Of a stretch of 64,000 nt of DNA, positions 51,936 through 62,382 are shown in pieces (position 1 is the stretch's first letter; each line of letters starts with the position of its first letter). The stretch is taken from positions 42,656-106,655 of the forward strand of contig JAOZGP010000023.1 of the NCBI GenBank assembly GCA_027491735.1. Direction: 5' to 3'. The notes beneath the pieces were generated by a model. That model made no database searches, had not been told where the DNA came from, and saw only the letters and a program-made list of their open reading frames with translations. The position numbers were made by a program, and so were the translations under genes. This stretch comes from Thermoproteota archaeon. Its GTDB lineage: Archaea > Korarchaeota > Korarchaeia > Korarchaeales > Korarchaeaceae.

Positions 51936-52380
51936 ATCCCTCCTAACTCGATAACATCTTTATTAAAAATTTTATTTTTCCAGCGTAGCTATATGCCGAC
52001 GTCGTTAGGTGGTGATGGATCTTCCAGCACTCGACCTCGATCAACTGCCCAAGCGAGGACCCTGAAGGAGCTGCTTGTGATGCATCTCCGACAAAGCTAC
52101 CGGATAACAGCCCTCATCCCTCAGAACTCCAGCTAAGCACAGAAAAGGATCTGAAAGCCTTGTGCCCTCTTCTCAAGGAGATGTCCTAGATGAGCTGCAA
52201 TGAAGGCCGGTTCCAAGGAAGACGAACGTCTTCAGAATTTTTATCCTGCAGTCGCTTTGATAACGATTCATGAAAGTAGTTAAGGGCTATCGACAACAAG
52301 TAACCGCTTTCCTAAGCGCGAACTCAGGAGCTTCATCAGAGGATAACCCTCGAGTAAAAAAAAGGGTTGAAGACAACACC

Positions 52381-52809
52381 TCATGGACTGTACAGGTATT
52401 GGGTCATGGTGTTTTGTGGTCCGTAGACCACAATGTTGTGTTGCTCGGTGGAGGAGATGCCTGTGAGGTTAACCGTCAGGGTTACTGTGGAATCCTTACT
52501 CCAAGTACCGGTAGCAGAAACATCTGTGACATTAACGCTTTTTTGGTCAACGAACACCTGGAAGTCGGTTGTTCCGCTTATGGTTAAATCATTTGGACCC
52601 AAGTTCTTTACGTAGATCGTCCCGCTACTGCTGTTCCAACCACTAGCGCTGAGTATCTGTATCGTGCTCGTGCCGCCGACGGTGGAGGTCCTTCCCAAAG
52701 CTCCGAATATGTATGAGGATATCGGCGAGAATATCAGCAAGGCTAAAGCCACTGCTATGACCAGTATTATTATCTCAACAACCACACGGGAAACTCCAGG
52801 CCTGATTAA
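52381..52809 (-). CDS. Archaeal type IV pilin-like protein with an anomalous start codon
   Basis: The frame extends to LIRPG/VSRVVVEIIILV (class III signal-like). IYVKNLG, VYGP, Ser/Thr-rich. Confidence 0.65.
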   Translation of the reverse strand, partial: LIRPGVSRVVVEIIILVIAVALALLIFSPISSYIFGALGRTSTVGGTSTIQILSASGWNSSSGTIYVKNLGPNDLTISGTTDFQVFVDQKSVNVTDVSATGTWSKDSTVTLTVNLTGISSTEQHNIVVYGPQNTMTQYLYSP

Positions 52810-52938
52810 GGTTTCTCACCTCTCTCTGATCTGGGGATAAGAGCTATTAAAAGTTTACGTGAAAAAGCTCGCGTGAACGACGGACTGTTTTGTAGATACG
52901 ACCTTCTCACGGACGCGACTCTTAGGCCTGAAAGTTTC

Positions 52939-52970
52939 TGTTTACGCAAGTGTTTACATCGATGTAGACA
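52939..52970. promoter_or_regulatory. Triple operator-like array TGTTTACG-N4-TGTTTACA-N4-TGTAGACA
   Basis: 12-bp periodicity with a near-palindromic core. The same architecture recurs at 63709-63740. Confidence 0.55.
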
Positions 52971-53414
52971 AGACTAATTGATATCATGGAAATTTCAAGG
53001 AATGAAGCGGCCACAACGACTGGGAAGAAGATCGACCTCACATCGCTTGAGAGGAAGAAGAGATAGCACAGAGGCCAGGCGGTTTGATGACCATCTGAGG
53101 AGGGAACGTTGGCTGAGATAAAAGCAACAGGAAGCTCAGATGTCTACACACCCTGCAGGTGTGGCTTCCTGAACTTCTGTGTGGATGGTGCCCTGAACTT
53201 CCTGAAGAAAGTGGCTGGGGAGCCGAGTTCGTCAAAAGCTGAGGAGATCTTCTCGAGGCCACGAGAATTTCCACATGAGTATGTATATCCTGCAGATCTT
53301 GATAGCGGACGGTCTCGACGAGCTGCCGGAGGACATGGGCAGATGTTGGAGCCCACCGAGAGGATCCCAGTTCATACGTCAGGCTGCCTTATGTGGCGGA
53401 AGGGCATTCTTCTC

Positions 53415-53463
53415 ACTCGACGTGCCCCACATCTATCCCAAGCTCCATGGAGGAGGTGCATAT
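53415..53463 (-). repeat. Exact 49-bp inverted copy of lhr segment 57556-57604
   Basis: ACTCGACGTGCCCCACATCTATCCCAAGCTCCATGGAGGAGGTGCATAT is the reverse complement of 57556-57604. Confidence 0.9.
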
Positions 53464-53619
53464 TATTTTTCTTGTTCTTCCTCATGATTCTCGCCTCACC
53501 TCCTCACGATCCCTAAGGGCGCTCAACAGCGAGCTCGTTTTTATGATACTCATCACTTTTTATTATCAGTACTAAAGATACTGACCACAGAATTGGGCGC
53601 TGTTTGGGAGCTTGAGAGA

Positions 53620-54033
53620 GGCAGCACTTCGGAGGCTTAAGAGGTAGATGAGGATCTCAGAAGGCTCTTGATGATATGGCTTATGGATGTGGAGTTATTT
53701 CGGAGGGCGCGTTCAGGGAGGGAATGAAGTACGTCGTCAGGAGATCCTTCTCGGCTGACAGGCTTGTGATGGAGGATAGGGAAGGGCTTGTCTACGGACA
53801 TGCATCGGCTGCCGAGGTTGATGTGTCGGTGAAGGACAGGAAACACATCCTGATAGAGGTCAGGTCGAGGATCTCCAAGGGAGATGTGGTGAAGCTCTGG
53901 AGGATAGGCAGCTCTACCAGAGGACCTACGGTGTTAAGCCGAGGCTTCTGATAGCGAGGGGTTTCATAGACGAGGGCGCCAGGGATCTCGCTGGAAGGGT
54001 TGGGTTGAGATAGAACCTGTCGTCCCTGACTAG
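53620..54033 (+). pseudogene. DUF3782/PD-(D/E)XK nuclease-family remnant
   Basis: SEGAFREGM, D.EG.VYGH..EVDV..ILIEVRS, then frameshifted LY..YGVKPRL..FIDE. Confidence 0.65.
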
Positions 54034-54583
54034 CCTACTTTGACGTTCTCCCCGATAAACAGAGCAAATTCTCGCTCTCAGTAGCTCCATCAACGTAAGA
54101 TCTCATCGGATTTTACCCAGCCCCTTCCTCCACAATTAGAAGCGAGGATGTGCCGGCGTCCCGTTAAAACCTGAGCCACTATTGATGTTTCGAGATCCTC
54201 TCAGCTCAGTGTCACCAATCTGTGAGCATCCGTTCGCCTGAGAAGACCATACACAGCTTTTCATCCTGATTCAAGCAGTCAGAACGTTCACAATCTCTAA
54301 ATAGACAAACGCCCTCCCCAGAGGAGATCAGATGCCTTTGTTGATCAGCTTCAACTTCAACGGATCGATGAGCGTTCTACGAAGAGAATGTCGGTCAATG
54401 GGATTTGTATAGCTGAATGATACAAGGTAGGGGGTTGGAGAAGCTTCTTGAAGCCCTTGATCTTCGTGCCTCCATGCTCTACAGAAAAACAGCCGTGCTC
54501 TCAGCGGCATTATTGGCAGCACGGAGAGAGCACATCAGTCCGGAACATAATCCTCATCACCTCAAGCCTAAAGCACAGTAATG

Positions 54584-55721
54584 TTATTCGTCTCCTGTCG
54601 CTCCACGACCGACCGCCGTCAGGAGGAGAACGGCAATCACAGAGGGGACTGTTAGGAGCAAGTAGCTGAACTTATAGCCAGCAAACTCAGCGATCACACT
54701 GTATGCAACTGGTCCGAGGAAGCCTCCCAGGTCGAAGCCCATTGAGTATACCGATGCAGTCCTATTCCTGACAGGTCTCGGTGCAAGGGAGATCACCATG
54801 AACTGAATCGTTGGGGTCGTGAACCCCATTCCGAAGCCCATGACGAGGGCTGGCATCCAGCAGGTATCAGCTGGGTAAAGCAAAGTGAGAAGGAGAACGC
54901 CAACGGCTGTCAGGAGGAAGCCAGCTATCGCCACAGACTCACACCTTCTCGAGGTCCTCCCTGACAGGTACCTGGAGAGGACGTTGCTCATCCCCATGAG
55001 CATCAGGAACTTCCCATAGATACTTGCGGGGTACCCTAAATCCCTGTAATGCATCTGGAGAACGTCCTGGATGCCCATCAGAGTTGCTCCACCCATCATG
55101 GAGATCGATGCGAGGATCAAGATCTCCCTGTTCACGACGTCCAACCATCCTCCGGTCTCGAGAGCGACGCCCTTCTCATCCACTCTGACCTCAAAGGCAG
55201 ATGTGAGAGCTGTGAGAAGTGAGAGAATTAGTGATAACAGAAAAACAGGTGCATATCCGAGGAGGTCGACTATCAGACCAGCTATGGGGGGCTATCACGG
55301 CAGCAAGGGACATGACCACGGCCCTGAGGGCCAGCGCCATCCTAGCGGGTCCACCTGAGGAAACCGCCACAATCGAGGGAGACATGAAGAAGGCGTTTCC
55401 TAATCCCTGAAGAAGCCTTCCGGCTAAGATGCCTAAAGAAGAGCCCAGTTTGAGATATATCAGTGAGGAAATGGAGGAAACGGCTCCCCCAATGAGCATG
55501 GCCAGGTAGCTGCTGGTCTTATCCGCCAGATGACCGGCCAATGGTCTGAATGCGAGGGACACGAAGAATGCTGAGGACCAGATGATCCCCGTACCGGCTA
55601 TTCCAATGCCCATGTCCCTGGAGTACCTGGCAGGAATTGATCCAACAGATTGAAGGGCAAGAAAGTATGTTCCGACCGAGGTGAGCCCAAGAACAAGCCT
55701 TCTGGTTTCCTGTCTGACCAT
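54584..55721 (-). CDS. MFS transporter split by a 1-nt frameshift in the G6 run at 55286-55291
   Basis: RPLAGHLADK and GRLLQGLG in the N-half, DLGGFLGP in the C-half. Removing one base restores AVIAPIAGLIVD. Confidence 0.75.
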
Positions 55722-55773
55722 TCCCGAGCATCCACCATGATAATTTTTTAAGACTTCACCGGAGACTTGGTCG

Positions 55774-56322
55774 ATGACCAGGAATGAGCTGAAGGACCTG
55801 TTCATATCCTGGACAGTTATAAGCTTCTGCTTTGCCCTCACACCCTCCATCTGGAGCTTAATTCCCCTTTTACCGATATCTGGGATTACAGCTGGTCTTG
55901 GATTCATCCTACACGAGCTAGGACATAGATACTTCGCAAGAAGGTCTGGCTGTGTGGCCTATTACAGAGCCTGGAGATGGGGCCTCGCGCTAGCCCTGAT
56001 CACCTCAATCCTCAGCCTCGGAAGGTTCATATTCGCGGCTCCTGGAGCGGTCTACATAGGGTGTATCTACAGAGAGCTCACGAGAGAGGAGGAGGCGAGA
56101 ATATCCGCTGCCGGACCTGCGGCTAACATGGTCCTTGCCCTTCTCTTTCGAGCCCTCCCCCTCGGGTTAATCAGCAGGATTGGCTTTGAGGTCAACTCCT
56201 ACCTGGCCCTGTTCAACTTGCTCCCGCTTCCACCGTTGGACGGATGGAAGCTGTTCAGGAGCAACTCAATCGCTTGGATCATCATGATCTCCATCGCTGC
56301 CATTATGACTTTTCTCTCATGA
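55774..56322 (+). CDS. Site-2 protease (peptidase M50)
   Basis: HELGH, AGPAAN, NLLPLPPLDG. Confidence 0.9.
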   Translation: MTRNELKDLFISWTVISFCFALTPSIWSLIPLLPISGITAGLGFILHELGHRYFARRSGCVAYYRAWRWGLALALITSILSLGRFIFAAPGAVYIGCIYRELTREEEARISAAGPAANMVLALLFRALPLGLISRIGFEVNSYLALFNLLPLPPLDGWKLFRSNSIAWIIMISIAAIMTFLS

Positions 56323-56628
56323 CCGCATCTCATGGCTGGTGGGTGGGGCTTAAAGCGGCTCGCAGGCATGAGGGAAAACCTCGACGTGAGTTGAGGAGAT
56401 GTCGGTCCATCAGAACGATTCTTGCTGAATGGCAGAACATGAAGGACTTGGATCCATGAGCAACGACGCTCCTATGGTGAGAGCCCAGTTGAATGATGCG
56501 GCCGTGCGTATGAGGCTGATGCAAACCTGTTCCAGTGCTTGAGCTCTCGACCAGAGCCCATGTTCAATGAACCGCTCATTCCATGTTATGAACTCTCAGC
56601 TTTTTAGGGTCGGGCATCGAGATGTCCT

Positions 56629-59379
56629 GTGGTGCTCGAGCTCCTGCATCCATCCCTGGTTAAGCTGTGGAGAAAGAGGGGTTTCCATGAGCCAACTCCT
56701 CCCCAGAAGAGGGCGATCCCCCTGATCCTCTCCGGGAAGAATGTCCTCATAATGGCTCCAACCGGAAGCGGGAAGACCGAAGCAGCCGTCCTTCCGATCC
56801 TATCGATGATGATTCGTGAGGAAGGGAGAGGAGTGAAGTTCCTCTACATAACACCGTTGAGGACGCTCAACAGGGATCTCCTGTCCAGGATGGAATGGTG
56901 GGCCCTGAGATTGGATCTGAGGATTGGCATCAGGCATGGAGATACCAGTCAAGCGGAGAGGAGAGCTCAGGCACTTCACCCGCCTGACATACTGATAACA
57001 ACACCCGAATCCCTTCAACTCCTCTTGACGGGGAGAAGGCTTAAGGAAGGCCTGAGAAACCTCAGATGGGTGGTGGTGGATGAGGTTCACGAGCTGGCAG
57101 GAAGCAGGAGAGGAGCCCAGCTCAGCGTGCTCCTGGAGAAGCTCAGGTTCATCCTGGGAAAGAAAATCCAAATTATAGGATTATCAGCAACTATCGGAAA
57201 TCCTGAGGAGGTGGGGAGGCTTCTCGCTGGGTCCAGCGAGGTCAGCGTGGTCAACACGCCCGTCCTCAAGGAGATGAGGATTGAGGTCCTATGGCCTGAC
57301 CCAAGGCCGGATCTCTCCGATCTCTTGATGGTCTCTCCAGATCTCTCTGGAAGGATCTTGGCTCTCAAGGAGATCATCGAGAAACATGGAACATCCTTGA
57401 TATTCGCAAACACCAGACCAATGGTTGAACTTCTCGGGAGCAGGCTCCTCCTCTTGGATGAGAGATTTCCTGTTTACGCCCATCATGGAAGCCTCTCACA
57501 ATCCAGGAGAGTGAGGATTGAGGAGATGCTCAGAAGAGGAGAGATAAAAGGAGTCATATGCACCTCCTCCATGGAGCTTGGGATAGATGTGGGGCACGTC
57601 GAGTTCGTCGTCCAGTTCAACTCCCCGAGGGAGGTCAGAAGACTAATACAGAGAATTGGAAGATCGGGGCACTCCCTGGGAAGGGTGAGCAGGGGCGTGG
57701 TCCTCGTTGGAAGCAGCGATGATGCGCTTGAGAGCTTGGTCCTCATAAGGAGACTTAAGAAAGGGATCATAGAACCTTCCGAGATATTCGAGGCTCCCTT
57801 GGATGTCCTGGCCCATGAGGTAGTCGGCTTCTCCGTGTGCGGGGTGATGGATCAGGACTCCATATACGAGGCCGTGAGAGGTGCTTATCCCTACAGGAAT
57901 CTGAGGAGGGAGGACTTTCTGAGACTGATCTCATTCTTGGAGGAGGTCGGAGTCATCAGGAGGCATGAGGACAGAATCTACCCGACAAGAAGGGGGTTCA
58001 AATACTTCTTCGGTGTGCTCTCGACGATACCGGAGACAAGACAGTACGCACTGATTGAGAGGTCCTCAGGGGACTTCGTCGGGGTTCTCGATGATTACTT
58101 CGTCTCGGAGTACTGTGATGTAGGAGCCAGGTTCATAGTGGGAGGGGTTCCGTGGGAAGTCGTGTCGCTGGGGGAGGAGAGGGTGTACGTTGAGAGGACG
58201 GATGACTACTGGAGCTCCATACCAAGCTGGATTGGCGAGGAGATACCAGTCCCGTTCGAAGTAGCCCAGGAGGTTGGGAGAATGAGGAGGAGAGTTGAGG
58301 AGCTGCTTGAGAAGGAAGGAAAGCTTGAGAAGATCCTTGAGGAGTCCTTCGGATCGGAAGATGTCCTAAGGAAGGCTCTAGAAGATGTTAGGAAGATGTT
58401 TCTGATGGGAATCCCCGTCCCGACCGACAGAAGGATACTCGTCGAGGACTGTGGGGATGTTGTCGTGGTGCACGCTCACTTCGGCAGCAAGGTGAACAGG
58501 GCCCTCGGCAAGTACATAGCTCATGAGGCATCCGGATCAGGATACCCCGTCTACCTATCCGAGAAGCCCTACAGGATAGTCATCAGGGGGGCGAATGCTC
58601 AGCAGGTTCATGATATAATCAAGGGAGTGAATAGAACGAGCTTCCTCAGGGATCTGAGGAGGTCTGTTGAGGAGAGCAAGGCATTGAGGTGGAGACTTCA
58701 GCAGGTGGCGAGGAGGATGGGAATCCTGGACCCAGAGGTCTCGCTGACCAGAAGGATGGTCGATGCCATGATGATAGGACTTAAGGGAACTCCAGCCATG
58801 GAGGAGGCGGTCAGGGAAGTCCTTGAGAGGGATCTCGATGTGAAGAAGGCTCTCGATGTTGTTGACATGATCGAGAGGGGTGAAGTGGAGGTCGTCATGG
58901 TCAAGGGACCAACTCCGATAACCCTGAACAACCTGAGGTCAATTGGTCCTCTTAAGCCAGTTCAAAGGAGAAGAGAGGTCCTCTCCTATCTGAGCTTCAA
59001 GCTGAGAGTTCTTCAGACCTTTATCTCATTCGGATGTCTGGACTGTGGCTATGTGTTCAGCATCCCGGTGAGGGAGGTTGAGCCACCTGAATGCCCGGCA
59101 TGTGGATCCAAAGAGCTCGTGTTCGATCTCCTGGATGAGGAGGAGCTCTCAAGAGTTGTTGAAAGGATCAGAGAAGGAATGAGGGGGAGAGGATCCAGCT
59201 TGATGGCGTGCTCTAGGCTTCTCAAGAGATTTGGGGTGAAGGCAGTGATCGCTAGGGCTGCAGGCCTCAACTTGAGGGAGATGGAAGATCTGTTGAAGGA
59301 GGGATTGGGTGGAGAGGATCTCATGAGAAGGATCTACCTGCTTCACAGGGAGAAGACGAGGAGGAGGTTTCACAGCTGA
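56629..59379 (+). CDS. lhr: Lhr-family DEAD/DEAH helicase
   Basis: APTGSGKT, RHGDT, DEVH, SAT, HHGSLS, TSSMELGIDVG, QRIGRSGH and a C-terminal Zn ribbon. Confidence 0.93.
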   Translation: MVLELLHPSLVKLWRKRGFHEPTPPQKRAIPLILSGKNVLIMAPTGSGKTEAAVLPILSMMIREEGRGVKFLYITPLRTLNRDLLSRMEWWALRLDLRIGIRHGDTSQAERRAQALHPPDILITTPESLQLLLTGRRLKEGLRNLRWVVVDEVHELAGSRRGAQLSVLLEKLRFILGKKIQIIGLSATIGNPEEVGRLLAGSSEVSVVNTPVLKEMRIEVLWPDPRPDLSDLLMVSPDLSGRILALKEIIEKHGTSLIFANTRPMVELLGSRLLLLDERFPVYAHHGSLSQSRRVRIEEMLRRGEIKGVICTSSMELGIDVGHVEFVVQFNSPREVRRLIQRIGRSGHSLGRVSRGVVLVGSSDDALESLVLIRRLKKGIIEPSEIFEAPLDVLAHEVVGFSVCGVMDQDSIYEAVRGAYPYRNLRREDFLRLISFLEEVGVIRRHEDRIYPTRRGFKYFFGVLSTIPETRQYALIERSSGDFVGVLDDYFVSEYCDVGARFIVGGVPWEVVSLGEERVYVERTDDYWSSIPSWIGEEIPVPFEVAQEVGRMRRRVEELLEKEGKLEKILEESFGSEDVLRKALEDVRKMFLMGIPVPTDRRILVEDCGDVVVVHAHFGSKVNRALGKYIAHEASGSGYPVYLSEKPYRIVIRGANAQQVHDIIKGVNRTSFLRDLRRSVEESKALRWRLQQVARRMGILDPEVSLTRRMVDAMMIGLKGTPAMEEAVREVLERDLDVKKALDVVDMIERGEVEVVMVKGPTPITLNNLRSIGPLKPVQRRREVLSYLSFKLRVLQTFISFGCLDCGYVFSIPVREVEPPECPACGSKELVFDLLDEEELSRVVERIREGMRGRGSSLMACSRLLKRFGVKAVIARAAGLNLREMEDLLKEGLGGEDLMRRIYLLHREKTRRRFHS

Positions 59380-59934
59380 TCATCCACCTTCAACAGGAGC
59401 CTCGAGGCCTGAGAGCCTCTTCAGGTCTATCTCAATTCTCGATCTCCACCCTATTAGGATCTGATTTCCTTCCTCCTCAAGGTATCCCATCTTTATAAGC
59501 CTGTTCAGGACATAATCCACCCTGGGTTGTCTGAACCTCGACCTGAGAAGGGAGAGTAGCTCTCTATGTCCCGCCCTTCCTCCCCTTGAGATCAGATAGA
59601 GAAGGGCGACTGAGAGCATCGCCAGGTCATCTATTCTCCATCCGGCAGTACTGGCCTCCTGAACGGAGACAGGTCCCCTCATGAGGATCAGAAAGGTGCA
59701 CTTCCTCAGCTCATCCTCCCTCTCCGGGTCTATTGGAACCTCATCTCCATCACCACCAACAGCAACCACCCTGAGACCTAGATCTGTCAGTCTCTCATCT
59801 AAAGCCTTCACAACCTCCAGATAATCGTTTCCAACGACCTTCCTCAGCTCCCATCCCTTCACCCCTGGCTTGAGGCCGGATCTGAAGAGAAGAGTTCTAG
59901 CAGCTCTTCTAACCTTTTCAGATGGGACGGGCAT
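59380..59934 (-). CDS. Tandem winged-helix (KITE/ScpB-like) SMC partner
   Basis: Two wHTH-like halves (..LDERLTDLGLRVV; ..LNRLIKMGYLEE..IGWR). Third gene of the SMC-like operon. Confidence 0.55.
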   Translation of the reverse strand: MPVPSEKVRRAARTLLFRSGLKPGVKGWELRKVVGNDYLEVVKALDERLTDLGLRVVAVGGDGDEVPIDPEREDELRKCTFLILMRGPVSVQEASTAGWRIDDLAMLSVALLYLISRGGRAGHRELLSLLRSRFRQPRVDYVLNRLIKMGYLEEEGNQILIGWRSRIEIDLKRLSGLEAPVEGG

Positions 59935-60619
59935 TCGAGAACCTCCTGACCGGAATCACGTAGGAGAAGAACTTCCCTGGGGATGGTTTGGTTACGTAGA
60001 GCTCCTCCTCAACGGGATCCAGAACGAGGCTTATCTCACCGGAGCTCGCCAGGAAGGCGATGGCGTAGGCCTTAAGGAGGACCTCCTTTGGGGATCCCGA
60101 CACGACCTTCCTGTAAGGGATGGGTTCCTCCATTTTCCTAACAATTTCCCTAACCTCATCCAGGATCTCCTCAAGATCTGGTTCTTCAGGTATTATCTCT
60201 TTAAGCGATCCTCTGAGTGTTATCATCTCCCTTGAGGGAGGTGCAATCCTCTTCTCCTGCAGGTAGGACAGCGATCTGTGGACATCAGCCAGAGTCACCT
60301 GCTCCAGATCCACTATAGGGCTCCATGCCTCGAGAAGTTCCTCCGCCAAGGATCTGGGGTCCATGCTCAACTTGAGGAGAGCGATTATCCTCCCCAAGGC
60401 CGCAACGGTGGACTCCCTCCTGAGCCACTCCCCCTGCTCCCTCACCACTTCTGCAAGCTTGAGGATTATCTCCGAGTCCATCAGGAGATCCTCATCCCTC
60501 ATTCTTGGAAGGAGGTCCCTCAGCTCATCCAGGATCTCCAGCACCCTCACTGAGAAGGGATCCGAGCTTGATCTCAACGTCGCTGACACCTCATCCAGGA
60601 TCTCCTCAAGCCTCCTCAA
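59918..60619 (-). CDS. Kleisin/ScpA-like SMC partner
   Basis: DPFSVRV..L N-terminus and C-terminal wHTH AIAFLASSGEISL. Overlaps the SMC-like gene. Confidence 0.6.
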   Translation of the reverse strand: MRRLEEILDEVSATLRSSSDPFSVRVLEILDELRDLLPRMRDEDLLMDSEIILKLAEVVREQGEWLRRESTVAALGRIIALLKLSMDPRSLAEELLEAWSPIVDLEQVTLADVHRSLSYLQEKRIAPPSREMITLRGSLKEIIPEEPDLEEILDEVREIVRKMEEPIPYRKVVSGSPKEVLLKAYAIAFLASSGEISLVLDPVEEELYVTKPSPGKFFSYVIPVRRFSNARPI

Positions 60620-62324
60620 GCAGGAACCTCCCTGACTCTCCCCTCACCTTCTGAACAACGAGAACGTGGACGTCATCAGGGATGTCGCTCGGTGGGACCG
60701 GTGTTATCACGAGGTACTGGATCCCGCTTCTGGCGAGCTCTAATATGGACCTGAAGATGACCCCCCTGTTCCTGAGATCCATATGAGTATCGAACTCATC
60801 AACAGCTCTGAAGGGAGATTCCATGCAGCTCTGGAGTGCCAGGAAGAAGGACATGACGGCTGATGTTCTCTCTCCACCACTATGAGAGAGAGGATCTAGA
60901 GGGGAGAGATCCGAGCCAGAGAAGCTTATGAGGAGCTCTATCCCGGCCTTCTCGGGATCCTTGAGGTTGATAATCCTCACCTCGCCATCGCCGCCCATCC
61001 TGGACAGGATCTCCCTGTACATAGGATTCACAGTCTCTAGGAGAGAGGTGAGCTTCTCCCTCCAGATGATCATCCTATCCTCGATCTCCTTCACAAGTCT
61101 TCTCTTGTTTCTTTGAACCTCCTCGGCCCTCTTTCTAAGCCTCTCGTAGATCTCCCTGTACTTGGAGCAGGCTTCATCGGTGTTTCTTGGAATCCTCCCG
61201 ATTCCTGCCAGAGATATCTCGACTCTCCTCATCTCCTCCTCTATCTCATCTGGATTCCTCCCCCTGAACAGTCTCCCCCCAAGCTTCTCGGCCTCAGAGG
61301 CTAACTCCTTTATTCTCCTTCTAGCCCTCCTGACCTCCTCCTTCAACCTCCCAAGCTCATCTCTCTTGATCTCGATGAGGACCTTGGAGACCTTCACCTC
61401 ACCGATCTTGTCGGCTGCCGACTCCCACAGGTTCCTGAGCCTCAGAAGACCTTCCTTCAGCCCAATCCTCCTGTCGAGCATCCCGGCCTCAACCTCTCCT
61501 ATGCTCTCCTCAAGATCCTTTACATCGGAGGAGAGGTTGTTCATCCTCTCCTCAAGGTTCTTAAGCTCGCTCTCGAGCCCTTCAGTTTCCTTGACGATCT
61601 TGGAGAGTTTCTTCTCCTTCTCGAAAACCCTGGTCCATGCCAGTTCCCTTCTAAGGTTAGATAACTTCTCCTCAAGCTTCCTCTTCTTTTTAAGCTTGTT
61701 AGACATCTCAGTCCAGTAGTTTAATGTCTCCTCCGCCTTTGAGAGGAGAGTCTCCACCTCTCTCTCCTCAGCCTCGACCCTCAGAAGTGTTTCCCTTGCT
61801 CTCAAAATCCTCTTCCTATATGAGGAGAGGCCAACGGCCCCCTCAACAACCTTCAGCTTATCCTGAGGTGAGAGAACGGAGAACTCCTCCATCATGTTCT
61901 GATGCATTATTATCAATGGATTGTCCGGATCGAGACATAACTTTGAGAGCATCCTCCTTACAGAGGACTTCGTCATCGTCCTCCCGTTGACCTCATGCCA
62001 GTACTGCCCGTCTGACCTTATGTATCTGCTTATAAACACCTCGTCGCCCCTCACCGAGGGTATGGGTCTGGATCCCCTGCCCCTCGGTCTGTTGTCCAGG
62101 ACCACCGTCGCCCTGGCGTACCTCTCTCCCTTCCTTATCAGATCGCTGAGCCTTCTCCCCCTCTCTGTGTACGTTTGGCCGAGAGCGACAGATATTCCCA
62201 GAAGTATCGATGATTTTCCAGACCCGTTTGGTCCAGTTATCAGGTTCACTCCGCCCTCCAGCGGTATTCTGGCATACCTGTACGACATGAAGTTCTCGAG
62301 GATTACCTCCTTCACAAGGGGCAC
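60606..62324 (-). CDS. Short SMC-like ATPase (archaea-specific, Smc5/6-like motifs)
   Basis: LENFMSY, GPNGSGKSS, Q-loop MHQ, coiled coil, HSGGE, PFRAVDEFDTHMD, QYLVITP. Confidence 0.88.
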   Translation of the reverse strand: MPLVKEVILENFMSYRYARIPLEGGVNLITGPNGSGKSSILLGISVALGQTYTERGRRLSDLIRKGERYARATVVLDNRPRGRGSRPIPSVRGDEVFISRYIRSDGQYWHEVNGRTMTKSSVRRMLSKLCLDPDNPLIIMHQNMMEEFSVLSPQDKLKVVEGAVGLSSYRKRILRARETLLRVEAEEREVETLLSKAEETLNYWTEMSNKLKKKRKLEEKLSNLRRELAWTRVFEKEKKLSKIVKETEGLESELKNLEERMNNLSSDVKDLEESIGEVEAGMLDRRIGLKEGLLRLRNLWESAADKIGEVKVSKVLIEIKRDELGRLKEEVRRARRRIKELASEAEKLGGRLFRGRNPDEIEEEMRRVEISLAGIGRIPRNTDEACSKYREIYERLRKRAEEVQRNKRRLVKEIEDRMIIWREKLTSLLETVNPMYREILSRMGGDGEVRIINLKDPEKAGIELLISFSGSDLSPLDPLSHSGGERTSAVMSFFLALQSCMESPFRAVDEFDTHMDLRNRGVIFRSILELARSGIQYLVITPVPPSDIPDDVHVLVVQKVRGESGRFLLEEA

Positions 62325-62382
62325 AGTGATTCATCTAGCTCCATGAAGATAAACCTATATCTCCTCGAAGGACCTAAACGTT

